Shown here: piece by piece, positions 42,231 through 55,427 of the stretch
How the letters are laid out: each line of letters opens with the position of its first letter
How positions within the stretch are numbered: position 1 is the first letter of the stretch
Position numbers and translations under genes: made by a program
Source: Octopus vulgaris
Taxonomy: Eukaryota
Direction of reading: 5' to 3'
Assembly: GCA_951406725.2 (NCBI GenBank)
Contig: OX597819.1
Coordinates: 67,890,001-67,954,000 of the forward strand
DNA length: 64,000 bases
Notes under the pieces: generated by a model
Database searches by the model: none
The model's input: the letters and a program-made list of their open reading frames with translations, nothing else
Told to the model about the DNA's origin: nothing

Positions 42231-42635
42231 CAGCGAACATCTACCATGGGTGATCACAATTGCTTAAGGTAAAAATGAATTCCTCGCTCTTTCGGAAACA
42301 TCAATCTTCTGTATTGACCGCTTTCCACCACTTTGATCTGTTTTTTGTATTGAATACGTATCGCCACCGTGGGACACTGCATCGAACACTTTGAACATAT
42401 ACTTCAAACTATATATCAACTATACATGGACTATATATCAACTATACATGAACTCTAAGATGTCTGACTCCGTTGTGTATTATAAATGAATTTCTTGTGT
42501 TTGACGGCATGAGCTGTCTTTTTTTATATATAAATTTTTTTGATAAGGTTCATTTCAGGAACTGAAACATGTTATAATGTATATATAAAAATTAAAAATT
42601 GTATAATACAGCAGCATTTTCGAACTTCATTTTTT

Positions 42636-42670
<35 letters not shown>

Positions 42671-42812
42671 TATGTACGACAGGCGTCTTTCAGTTTCCGT
42701 CTACTAAATCCACTCACAAGGCTTTGGTCGGCCCAAGGTGCCACGCAGTGGGACCGAACCCGGGACCATGTGGTTCGTAAGCAAGCTACATTCCACACAG
42801 CCACTCCTACAC
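41945..42812 (-). mobile_element. SINE family B split by an insert of about 410 bp in its internal (TA)n
   Basis: 3' half at 41945-42140 and 5' half at 42675-42812 are colinear with 56373-56780; unrelated DNA at 42228-42638. Confidence 0.7.
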
Positions 42813-42989
42813 CTAGATAATGAACCACCGCTCGGCGACGGCCCGATCTATTCTCCATCGAGTGAACGAGGAAACTACTATTCCGTAGTTTCCTCACACT
42901 ATATAAAGTGGCTTCAAACTTATCACACCCTCTATGGAGCGGTAAATATATGTGTGCGTGCTTGTGTTTGTGCTCATAAATGAGAGCAT

Positions 42990-43135
42990 TATCTCTTAAG
43001 ATCACCATGTCACGCACATATGGCTCTGATGCATGCTGGGCGAAAGCCTTAACAGATGTGTAGTTCATGATGGGCATATCAGACTTCGTATATTTGCACT
43101 CCAATATCACTTTGATGGCATGCGCTATTCTATGA
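42990..43135 (+). mobile_element. Unclassified repeat ending in a (TAA)n tail (second copy at 47710-47870)
   Basis: taagatc..catgtcac.cacatat.g...tgatgcatg and tgatggcatgc.cta.tct are shared by both copies, each followed by taa repeats. Confidence 0.6.
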
Positions 43136-43137
43136 TG

Positions 43138-43219
<82 letters not shown>

Positions 43220-46200
43220 GACAGAAACACCCTGAAGTAAGACCCTACATAGACAGTAACAAGCTTGCCAATGTTAGAAGAAACATTATAAAAAACAAAT
43301 TACTGACTGAAGTAGAGATTGATCAGGTTAGACAAGCAATATCGGATAAAATGAACGAAGCTGCAGCTAGAGAAGATAATACAGAGGAAATGATTATAGA
43401 CCAGCCCAGGGCGGATAAAAACGAAGAGAGGATTGAAAGAGTTAGTATAAGTGATAGGCAAAGTGAAATACGCCCTGAACCAATCATAAACACTAAGACA
43501 GATGAGCATCAAATAGATAAAGAAAGTCACACAAATATTGACCCAACAGAACTACATGAGCTAAAAAATCAAATCATGATTGAATGGCTGAAAATTAAAG
43601 AAACCAGCATGGATGAGCGTGATACACTTCCTAAAATCCGCAACTCTAACCAAAACATGAAAATAATTGGTAAAACTCCGGCTTGCACTTAAGGATATAA
43701 TTTCAGTTAATGATGTTGATATCACAAACCTCAACCACCTATACTATGCATCCGCGAAAATCTCAACGATCCTATGTGGTGTAAAGATTAGAAAACGGCA
43801 ACAGTCCCACAAAAAGCCTTCTTGGCAAGAGCGTCTGCAACAACAAATTAAAATATTTAGATCTGACATTGAATATTTGAAAAACCTTAAGGCTCACAAG
43901 ATTACCAAACCTACAAAAACCCAAACATTACTGAAAAAATACAATATGAAAACTATACTTGATATTGATGCCACCATAGAAACCATCAAACAAAAGGTAT
44001 CTGCCAAAGCTGCCCGCATAGCGAGGTATGAAAAGCGTGTTAGATTTTTCAAGGACAACAACATGTTCAAAAATAACACCAAGAATTTTTACAGGAAGAT
44101 AGGAAAAACAGCGTTTACTGCAGGGTCTGTACCATCAAAAGAAGAAGTGCAGAGATTTTGGAATAAAATCTGGGCAGAAGAAAAAACACACAACGAAAAG
44201 GCCCCTGGATTGACAGAATATCTACAGAACTGGACCCCTTAGAAGAGCAAAAGTGGGAGGGTGTCAAGGTAGAAGATATAAGATCTGCTCTCAGGAGGTC
44301 AAGCAAATGGAAGTCTCCAGGAAAGGATAAAATTCCTAACTTCTGGCTGAATGCCTTCCCAGAGAGCCATGAACTGCTAACAGAACTGTACAATGATGTT
44401 TTGCAACACCCTAGTAGGATGCCTCCTTGGCTAGTTAATGGGTTAACATTCCTGCTTCCAAAAAGTGAAGAAGCAAATGAACCAAAAAACTATAGACCCA
44501 TAACCTGCTTAACAACTATGTACAAAACACTAACATCTGTCCTGACGGAATATACCTATAGTTTTTTAACAGACAGCAGCATATTCCCTAATGAACAGAA
44601 AGGATGTAAACGTGGATCCTACGGCTGTAAAGACCAACTACTCATCAATAAGATGATCTTAGAAGATTGTCACAAACGACACAAAAACTTATCAATAGCC
44701 TGGATAGACTATAAAAAGGCTTTTGATAGCCTACCACATAGCTGGATTAGGAAATACCTTGAAATGTATAAGATAGCACCAACTCTGCGAAACTTCTTGA
44801 CTGTAAGTATGAGATCATGGAGAACCACACTAACTCTGAACAGTGACAGTGAATCCCTAAATGCTGGTGATGTAAACATTTCGTGTGGCATTTTCCAGGG
44901 TGACTCACTGTCACCACTCCTCTTTTGTTTATCCTTAATACCTCTCTCAAAGCTGCTCAATGATGCGCAGTACGGGTATAAAATGTTTGATAAAAATATA
45001 AATCATCTCGTTTACATGGATGATTTAAAGCTTTTTGCAAAAAATGATCAACAACTCAAGGGCTTACTAGCGATAGTCAAACAATTCAGTGACGACATCA
45101 GAATGCAATTCGGCCTCGATAAATGTGCAAAGGCTACCTTTATCAAAGGAAAAATGACAGAAACATCTAACGTTAACCTTGACCAACAGAATGTCATAAA
45201 AGAACTAGACCCAGCGGAGAGCTACAAGTACCTAGGGATAATTGAAGGGAACGGAATAAGGCATTCAGAGATGAAGGAAAGGATCAGGAGAGAATGCTAT
45301 CGAAGAGTGAGAGCAATACTCAAGACAGAGCTGAATGCAAGAAACAGGATCGAAGCAATCAATGCATTAGCTATACCAGTCGTGACTTACAGTTTCAATA
45401 TTGTTAACTGGTCAATTACTGAAATATGTCAGCTCGACAGAAAAATAAGGAAACTGTTGACAATGCATAGAATGCACCACCCTAAGGCAGATACAGAACG
45501 ACTCTATCTGCCAAGAAAAGAGGGAGGCCGTGGTCTTTTGCAACTGGCAATAACAATGAAGATTGCTACAATTGGCCTAGACAATTAGCCTACCTGAAAA
45601 ACTCTGAGGACTGGATGGTAAAACTTGTCTCAAAACATGAAAACAAGAAAGCATCATACTCAGTCACAAAACAGGCAAAGGAATATCTAAGTGAATTCCG
45701 AATACAACCAATTTCGGAATTAGAGATAGATATACAAGAAACAAGCACAGAAAAAGCTAGGCGCATGAAAACCCGTGCCAAAACTGCGGCCTTAGATATT
45801 CTGAATAATAAATGGCAAGAAAAACCTCTCTATGGCAAATACCCAAAGAGAGCGAATAATGCAGATATCGACAAAGCCCTGACCCATCAATGGCTAATGG
45901 CCTCTGGCTTAAAATCTGAAACAGAGGGGTTTATCATAGCAGCTCAAGATCAATGCCTACCAACAAGAAACTACCAGGCCAACATATTAAAGATCAGAAG
46001 CAGTCCAACGTGTCGTGTATGCAAGCAACAAAATGAAACCATTGACCATGTGGTCTCCAAGTGCAGTCTTCTAGCGCCTACAGAGTATCTCAACAGGCAC
46101 GATAGAGCTGCACAATATATTCACTGGGTAATCTGTAAAAACCTGGATTTGCCCCATGAAAAAAACTGGTGGGAACACAAACCACCCCCAGTGCTTGAAA

Positions 46201-46577
46201 ATGACCACATCTCACTCCTCTGGAACTTCACCATTCAAACTGACAGGAAGATAGATGCAAATAGGCCAGAAATCATATTGAAAAACTTCAAACAAAGAAC
46301 ATGCCTCCTCATTGATATGACTGTCCCAATCGATATAAACGTATCTGTCAAGACCTACCAAAAACTGAGCAAATATAAAGATCTTGAAATAGAAATCAGC
46401 AAAATGTGGAAGCTGAAGACTAAAACAATACCTGTTGTCATAGGTGCCCTGGGAATGATAGCAAAAGGGGCTGATAGCTACCTAACTCAGATACCAGGAA
46501 ACCCAAAAATGGCAGAAGTTCAAAAGATAGTGCTCATGGGAACTGCTCATATCCTACGCAAAATACTCTCTATGTAA
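43220..46577 (+). pseudogene. Reverse transcriptase / CCHC / restriction-like endonuclease ORF with about 3 frameshifts
   Basis: NYRPITCL, EQKGC, WIDYKKAFDS, GIFQGDSLSP, YMDD (45013-45024), YKYLG, RLYLPRKEGGRGL, CRVC-x8-H-x4-C, RHD and RPEII..IDMTVP. Breaks near 43670, 44205 and 45586. Confidence 0.92.
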
Positions 46578-46797
46578 TCTCAAGGTTTAAAACAAACATA
46601 ATTTTCGGTTTAAAAAAAAAAAAAAAAAAAAAAATTTTTTTTTTTTAGACATTCATTAGTACAACATCCCCACCCCCCAAATATATGGCACACTAGGCAT
46701 AACAACAACATGAACTTCCAACCCTGTTGTCTCTTGAGGTCTCTGGGTGAGACCTGGAGCCAACTTGTACAAATATAAAGCAAAAGTCAAACATAGA
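43220..46797 (+). mobile_element. Dong/R4-clade non-LTR retrotransposon (RT + RLE), nearly intact, inside (TAA)n
   Basis: Flanked by (TAA)n at 43135-43219 and 46795-46837. One long ORF broken into four pieces; 3' UTR 46578-46797. Confidence 0.93.
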
Positions 46798-46837
46798 ATA
46801 ATAATAATAATAATAACAAGAAAGATAATAATAATAA

Positions 46838-47175
46838 TGTGGCATCTCAAAGTGACCACAGTTCCAGTGATTGTAGGATCTGTAGTAAGGATTAAAAAAG
46901 GTACTGAAACCTATTTGAAAATGTTACCAGGCTTACTCCTACAGGAAGTGAAAAAAATCGTGTTAACTGGAACGATTCATGTACTGAGAAGAGCATTTTC
47001 GCTGTGAAACCAACATCCATTCATGAATTTATTTATTTGTTAACTTTTTTAAATACATATTTTACCTGTGAATTTGCGTGTGTAATCTGGGAATGCGTAC
47101 AATGAGCTTCTGTGCCCTAGGTGTACGGAATACACTCAGTGAGAAATGGAAGAAAATTTGAAGAAAGAAGGAAAA
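46838..47175 (+). mobile_element. 3' fragment of another Dong/R4-like family, ending in (TAA)n
   Basis: MWHLKVTTVPVIVGS...EVKKIVLTGTIHVLRRAFSL is homologous to the C-terminus at 46400-46577 but has a different UTR. Confidence 0.75.
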
Positions 47176-47197
47176 TAATAATAATAATAACAATAAC

Positions 47198-47281
<84 letters not shown>

Positions 47282-48315
47282 AAGAAGAAGAAGAAGAAGA
47301 AGAAGAAGAAATATAATAATAATAAATGCACTGATGCAGTACCAGACATTGCCTCTCATAACTGATTGGACGTGTTGTCATGTATATTATTTTATCTTGG
47401 TATAAAAGATGGGCTACAGCGACTATTCTGCGCAATACCACAAATGTACTCGGCAGTTGCTTGACTTTAACCAGTTGAGCATGTGCCTTAATGGCTAACG
47501 ATATGAGAATCACTAATCGCGAGCAGAATTAGTGGGGGAGCATTATAGCCATGTGTTAAGAGTAATTATTTGGGGGTTTAGATAATTCCCCTTTCGTAAC
47601 ATGGGTGATTTGTTCATCATCCGTAAACAACCCTTATTCAAGAACCTTTTCAGCGGGATGGACTACTCGATCTGAAGAAAATTGTAACTGCAAGATCATA
47701 CGCTGTTTATCTTAATATAAGATCTTCATGTCACTCACATATAGTTGTGATGCATGTGCCTGGTGTACTCTTATCAGACGGGTAGTGATGTTGGGTATAC
47801 TGGCTCGTATATTATAACCCAGTGTTATTATGATGGCATGCACTACTCTCTCACTCAATAATGATAATAATATTAGCCGATACAAATTTCTGCCTGTGAG
47901 TTTTGTCATTTTTCCAATCACTCATTTTTACATAGAGAGCGGGAGAGAATGTAAGAGTTAAAGAATTTATGGCGATCTCTGTTGTGGTAAACGATAGATC
48001 AGGGTTCCCAGATTGGTAACTCAAGATTGTTTTGCCCAGCCGATTCGTTGATCAACATAGACAGATATTTATTTTTTCTGATGGATAAAATGATTCTGCT
48101 GAAGGAATAAATGCTTCTGCTCCTTCCAATAATATCCATTGCGTGCGAAGATGCACGGTGTGGCACATGTCAGATGATAAAGTGATTCCAAACAACGGTG
48201 ATGACATTAGGCTTAGCTTACCTAAGAGAAATAAATCTACAGAGAAAGTTCGATTAATCACAGGATGAGTATGCCATGAACCTTAATGGCAGACAATGAC
48301 AACTTTCTGGAAAGT

Positions 48316-48640
48316 TGCTGAGACTGCCTTCGGTCATGACTGACCATAGGATTGCACCTGGAAAGTTACCCACCCAGGCACAAGTCCGGGCAAGGTCGTT
48401 TATGGAAGACCAGCAGTCGCCCATGCATACCGGCCGCCCGTCTCCACGTCACCAGTATTATCCAAGGGAAAGGCAACAGCCGATACAGCTTGATACCTGT
48501 GACGACAGCTGAGTAAACTGGAGCAACGTGAAATAAAGTGTCTTGCTCAAGAACACAATACGCAGCCCGGTCCGGGATTCGAACTCACAACCTCACGATC
48601 GCAAACACGACGCTCTAACCACCTAGCCATGTGCCTTCAC
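48316..48640 (-). mobile_element. tRNA-derived SINE, family C, full length
   Basis: Head tggctaggtggttagagcg and B-box gagttcgaatccc on the minus strand. Exact 10-bp TSD tctggaaagt at 48306-48315 and 48641-48650. Confidence 0.9.
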
Positions 48641-50099
48641 TCTGGAAAGTGCATATTTGATAATGACACATGAATGTTACATTTCATTACATGATTCTGA
48701 TAACAAAAGTATACTTAAAAAGTCGCCTATCATATGACGGCAAACATTCCATTACACATAATAGGTGATTATATTTATTCTACTCTTCTAATTCTAATTA
48801 CAAAATTATTGATATATTTTGACCCTAAGAAAACCATTGTCTATAGTTCCCCCTTCCTAGGTGCTGTGTTTTCATTTGATGATAGAACATTTGCAATTTT
48901 GTAGCACTGAATTTCATTATCTTCTATAAGCTAAATCGGATAAGATTTCGAAATGTTTCTGTAAGTTGTTGATATCTCCAGATATCTTTCAGTATTTAAG
49001 ATTTAATAACAGGAAAGTGGAAATAAATGTAGTTCATGTGAAAATGAAAATGTCAGAAAAAGTTATTACAACAAGTAATTACCCCAACAGAAATATACCA
49101 TGCAATACATTGTGAGTTGGTGATGGAAATAGTTCTTGCTATATTACATGCTGTAATTTTTTCGAAATTGGCAAGGTAAAGGCTTTAGAAATCCAGATTT
49201 GGTTTAAATATTGAAGGAGTTGCCTAAATGCAGATTTATGAGCCAAAGAACGATCCGAAAATATTATTTGTTTTATTGGGATATGATTTTAAACTGCATC
49301 CATTAATGGCTCTTTTAGATAGTATGTTCTGGGATTTTGAGAAGTGTGGAACCATCGATTAGCCACTATCTGACCCAGATCTGCTCTGACGAATCGTAGC
49401 AGTACCTGCCAGGATCTTAACTATGAGTTAATTATTATGTCATGGAATACCTTCCTGATGAAGATCACTCAGAGACCCAAGGCAGATGAGGCATTTCAAC
49501 TTTAGCTGCTCATCTAAGAGAAGGTAACTCCATGAATATCCTGAATTCTGGTAACTGATCAGCTCAAGAGACTTGATGCACCAGCCAAATACAAATTTGG
49601 AGGACGAGACAATTGGACTGCTCTGCAAAAACCGTACCCACTATGATAATATTCAACAGGCTGCTCAGCGAACTAAGGCACCAGCACGAACACCATTACG
49701 CTCCCTTCATACCGTTACTCTCCTTTCATAAACGAAAGGGCGATGGAGAAATAGGCGATGCGGACAAGTGGAGGATTTTACTGAAAGTCATCATTTTGAT
49801 TCTGTACATAAGCGGCCTTAAGGTGATGATCCACTTTTAAGTGTAGATTTTTGAACCCTTGTTCGCCGAAGCGAAGGAGATTCAAATATTGACTGAAATA
49901 ATCAGAGAGTAGTCAATAGAATCAACATTGAATGTAACTTGTGTTATGACTGCAGGAAAAACGAAACTCATTTCGTTTTCCATGATCTTCAAATATTTTC
50001 CATAGAGCTTCGGTATCTTTATTTAACATCTTATAACATTCTATAGAAATTATCATTTTCACATTATTATAGATATTTTATGCTATTTTATTACAAATA

Positions 50100-51376
50100 T
50101 TACCGGTTGATGTTAATTCCAAACATTCGAACACGACACTAAAATTTGCCACTCTATCTAGTTTATCAACTCTGTCTCCTGTTTATGGTATGGAAGTCAA
50201 TGTCGGTCATATGTCCAGCGAATACAATTCCCGATTACTGTCTCACAGATGCGTGGCACGACGCCTCCAATCACACGCTTGGTGTCAACTTTGAATTCAG
50301 GAATTGTCTATGGTTTCTTGACGTATACTTATCACTTCACATACCCCCACAAGGAGAAATTACAATGGGTAAGATCGCAGAACCTTGATGGCCATTATTT
50401 GTCACCGTGCAAGGATATCACTCATTGCGGAAATCTTTCGTGGAGTAATGCAAGCGTTTGGCGTAGGGTGTGCCAGATCGCTCTATCCTACTGAAACGAG
50501 ATGTTATCAATCTCTGTATCATTCAAGTTCGTCCATAACTGAGGGTATATCTTGTGTTGGTAGGGTTCTCCATTAATAGTAACTGCATTCTGCTCATCAT
50601 TTGCAAATAAGAACGATCCAAGAACTCTACTTGCCCAAAAACCACTCCACACAGTCGCTTTCAGTGGATGCATTTCACGTTCTGGCATTATGTGAGGATT
50701 TTCTTTTCCCAAAAACCGGTAATTCTATTTATTGACAAATCTATTCAAGTGGAAGTGCGCCTCGTCTCTGAAAATTATTCCCTTTGCAAAATTTTCGTCA
50801 GCTGCAAGTCTCTCAACAAGCGGGTAGCAATTTTCCTCCGTCTTTCGTGGTGAGGTGGCTGAAGATGCTGCGTAAGTTGAAATTTGTACGCATGCATATA
50901 AATATCTTTATGCAAAATACAATGTAATGATGTTATGGGGATACCCAACTGTTGCGAATCGATTTTCACGGTACTTAGAGTGACACTGTCTTTCGGAACA
51001 GCAATTTGTTGCTCTGTCAGACGAGAACGATTCCGTCCTGGCGACTTAGCCGTTGCAAATGAATCATTTGCTCTAAACTTTGTAATTATTCTGCGAACCG
51101 TAGACACTTTTGGGTGTTTCATTTCTCCCCCAAATGGTACGAAGTGTTCGAACTGTCTGCGTCGCACCTCCGTTTTGGTAGAATGTATTCACAATGAGAA
51201 CGCGTTGCTCAGTTGTAAAAAGCTTTATGACATACTGCACACAATTCTCAAAAACAAACAAAATACTGTTAATCGGAGTGAAGGCAGATAGCAAACATGG
51301 TAAAAGCAAGCCTTCAAACTTCAAAACACTAAAGCGTCACCTAATTCAAATTCAGCGCTCTTAATCGAAGACCCTA
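50100..51376 (-). mobile_element. Tc1/mariner-superfamily transposon (Tc3-like, DUF4817-type N-terminus), decayed
   Basis: FTTEQRVLIVNTFYQNG..STVRRIITKF, FRDEAHF, HPLKATVWSGFW..GSFLF and an SCDLTHCNFSLWGYVK-like segment. One end reads tatagggtcttcgattaa. Confidence 0.8.
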
Positions 51377-51384
51377 TATATATA

Positions 51385-51780
51385 TTACTTGTTTCAGTCA
51401 TTTGACTGAGGCCATGTTGGAGCACCGCCTTTAGTCGAGCAAATCGACCCCAGATTTATTCTTTGTAAACCAAGTGCTTATTCTATCGGTCTATTTTGCC
51501 GAACCGAACCGATAAGTTACGGGAACGTAAACACACCAGCATCGGTTGTCAAGCGGTATTGGGTGGGGGACAAACCTAGACACACAAACACACACACACA
51601 CATATATATGCATATACATATATACGACGGACTTTTTCAGTTTCCGTCTACCAAATCCATTCACAAGGCTTTGGTCGGCCCGAGGCTATAGTAGAATACA
51701 CTTGCCCAAGTTGTCACACAGTGAAACTGAACCCGGAACCATGTGGTTGGTAAGCACGCTTATTACCACACAGCCAAATC
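51385..51780 (-). mobile_element. SINE family B
   Basis: Reverse complement is colinear with 56373-56780. Confidence 0.85.
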
Positions 51781-51956
51781 CCATATATTTGCCTATACAC
51801 ATGCGCTTATGTATGCACAATCACATATAGGATCCAAGGTTTGTGATCCAAACATACATCGATACACCCGTAGACTAAATTATACGTACATTTATATACA
51901 TATGTGTGTGTATGTGTGAGTGTGTGTGTATATATGCGTCATTGTCTGTATATTCA

Positions 51957-52026
<70 letters not shown>

Positions 52027-52166
52027 CTGGGGGCGTATATATTCACAAGCGCATATGTATGGGCGTGCGTTGATGTTTCAATCATAAATATATACACACA
52101 ACTTTGTATGTACAAACATATACACACAGGTTTACATATATATTCATACCGAAGGATATCAAGTTA

Positions 52167-52242
52167 AGACCCTGAAGAGACTGCACCGTTTTATAGTAGC
52201 GCTGTAATTGCAACGATTACTAATTGAAACCTGTGTTGGTTT
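52167..52242 (+). ncRNA. Hammerhead motif
   Basis: agacc-CTGAAGA-...-GAAAC-ctgt-GTT-ggttt; stem I is agacc/ggttt. Confidence 0.55.
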
Positions 52243-52339
52243 AAAAGATGGTATATAATTATAAAATTACGAGCTATGCTATAGTCACTTCGAAGTAATC
52301 TTTATTTCTAATATTTTCAATACATACATACATGTATGC

Positions 52340-52387
<48 letters not shown>

Positions 52388-53146
52388 ATATATATATATT
52401 TATGTTATATTATATATATTATATATAAATATATTATTTAAATGTATATATATAATACTTTCTGTACAGTCACATATATGCTTTTATGTTTATTATTCAG
52501 ACATAAGTATATACATACATATTTATACGCACATATCGATGCTTGGCAACTCATTCATTCGTATATATACACACACGTGCGCATATACTTACATATAACA
52601 AACTTACATACATAAATGCATAGGCACCTACCAACATCTATACATTCATGGATACATATATATGCGTATACACACACACATCGATAGACACACATATATA
52701 TGTAAATATATATATATATATAACATCTGTGTCTGGATATGTATGCACAGTCATATGTATGGCCTTATATTTAGACAATATAAATTTCTATCATGTGTCT
52801 ACATTATGCGAACGTCATTAATTATGCTATTGCTCCAGGGAATCGTGCAAGTGAAACTTAGCGAAGGAGGTCTCGTTAAACTAAAGTATCTATACTGAAT
52901 CCGACATTTCCTGTTCATACAAGATACCAGCTGCAATATCGTTATTTCTTTAATATCAAATATCACCACCATTACTAATCCTACTGTTTCCGACTATAAA
53001 CAATTAGCCTACCTACGTCTGCAATTGTTCCTCTAACGTTTTTCTTAATCGGTATTCTGCTCTCTACCCGATTCTCCCCATGTCATCTACAATCTCTATA
53101 GCATACATACACACAAACACTTATATCTACCTAATAGACCGCTGTT

Positions 53147-53196
<50 letters not shown>

Positions 53197-53654
53197 AACA
53201 CATACACACACATATATATATGCAAGAGCATTTATATGTATATGTTTACGTCTGTGTGTAACTAGACATAAGACATAATATACACATATACATACATACA
53301 TCTGCGGTTCTACTCTTTATTCTTCTATCTACTATATAATTCCGTTATAAACTCTGAATTTGCATGCCCACCTTGTGTCTGATGACGGAATACGCAGTGT
53401 ATAGCGATGCTAACACGAGATATGCCACAAAAAGCTGTAAGACAATTAATTAATTAATTTATTAAATACTTCAAAATCACATTGCTGTAATTAAATATTG
53501 TTGATAACTTGAGATACTCGCCCTGCCTTGGTTTGATGTCGTCCTTTTTCCGATAATATATAGCTGTTAATTTGGAAGCTTGCTACGGACTTCTTGCTCC
53601 ATACTCAGCTGTGAACCTAACGGACAACCACTCCATCATATTCTTTAGATACTT

Positions 53655-53758
<104 letters not shown>

Positions 53759-53837
53759 CATACATATATATACATACAAATATATATATATATATATATA
53801 CAAATATATATAAATACATATATGTATATATACATAC

Positions 53838-53894
<57 letters not shown>

Positions 53895-54210
53895 TATATA
53901 CACATGTATATAGGCCAGTATAGGCCCAGGTCATGTCAAACTTAATAGCACCATTTGGTGAAGTCTTTTATTCATATATGTGACTCCATGGCCCACTATA
54001 AGAAAAAGTTATTATTGTTGGATGCATATCTGGGTGTAAGAGTTTGGTTCGGGAATACTTGGAGAATTTTGTCCAGAGAACTTTGGAAATTTATGGGATC
54101 CATTTCCGTTTTGACATATTTTCGCATAATACTAATGTAAAAATAAGCAAGAGAAATGATAATATACGAAATAAAAAACGATTACCTATGTAGCATTGGT
54201 TTCACTTGTA

Positions 54211-54246
<36 letters not shown>

Positions 54247-54339
54247 GTAGATCAATACAGGAATAATAAAGAGATAAATATGTAAATAAAAGGCGCGATA
54301 AAGAGGAGGAAAAAAGACGAAGGCTTAAGAAGACGTAAC

Positions 54340-54745
54340 TGTATAAAGAGATGTGGGATTTTGCAAGAGAGGTGTTTGTTGGAATCGCCACCACGAAGCT
54401 GTCTCTGAGTGAGGCACTTCGCTACCACTTGTACAAAAAGCGAAATATCTTGCTTTACCTCTGGAACGTGTCAGAAATTTTCGCCCGAGAATTACTACAA
54501 CTACATCGGTCCAAATTACTATCCCCCTGACTCTTTTGAGTGTAATCCCGTGGATCACAATGCATGGGGTGCGATTCAGAAAGACACTTACCTCTCTTCT
54601 TGTAATAGCAAGGCTGCACTGGTCACTAAGAACAAGGAGATGCTCAAGAATCTTCCCGGGAATACACAGAGGAAGGCATGCGCCAGGTGCCAGAACCTTG
54701 TTGAGGATGTGGGGGATATGACGGGTGGATATGGGAGATATTAAC
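54340..54745 (+). mobile_element. Tc1/mariner transposase C-terminal fragment
   Basis: YYPPDSFECNPVDHNAWGAI resembles WPPNSPDLNPLDYYVWG; also KAC.R..VE.V.D..GGY. Confidence 0.7.
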
Positions 54746-54844
54746 GTTGGAATCTTTGAATAAACATTACCAGGTGATATTTCTTGATGGAACATATATA
54801 CACATACATATGTATGGATGTATGTATATATATATATATATATC

Positions 54845-55219
54845 CATGGTTGTGTGGTAAGAAGCTTTCTTCCCAACCACATGGTTCCGGGTTCAATCCC
54901 AATGTGTGGCACCTTGGGCAAGTATGTTCTGCTATAGCTACGGGTCGAGTAAAGTTTTGTAAGGGGATTTGTTAGATGAACACTGAAAGAATTCGTCGTA
55001 TATATATATGTGTGTGTGTGTGTGTGCGTGTCCCTCCTCTATCGCTTGACAATCAATGTTGGTATGTATACGTCCCTCTAACTTAGCCGCTCGGAACAAG
55101 TCACCGATAAGATAAGTACTAGGGTTACAAAGAATATGTCCTTTGGTCGATTAGGTCGGCTAAACGCGGTGCTCCAGCATGGCCGCAGTCAAATGACTGA
55201 AACAAGTAAAATACTAAAA

Positions 55220-55220
<1 letters not shown>
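54845..55220 (+). mobile_element. SINE family B
   Basis: tggttgtgtggtaagaagc..ggttccgggttcaatccc..ccttgggcaag..gcggtgctccagcatggccgcagtcaaatgactgaaacaag. Confidence 0.85.
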
Positions 55221-55293
<73 letters not shown>

Positions 55294-55392
55294 ATATATT
55301 AAATCCCCAAGAAACGAAGAAAAAAAACAGAAAAAACCACACGGGGACGTGGTACATGTAAATATTAACAGACGCTCAGGGAAGGAAAGATG

Positions 55393-55427
55393 GTTTAACA
55401 TTTCGAGCAAAGCTCTTCTTCGGAAAC
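55393..55427 (-). ncRNA. Variant minimal hammerhead (CCGAAGA core)
   Basis: Minus strand reads gttt-CCGAAGA-a gagc ttt gctc-GAAAT-GTT-aaac; stems I and II pair perfectly. Confidence 0.55.

Noticed and set aside
49440-49840. Possible LINE RT fragment (MIIFNRLL, KRKGD)
   Set aside because: The motifs are too short and out of expected order.
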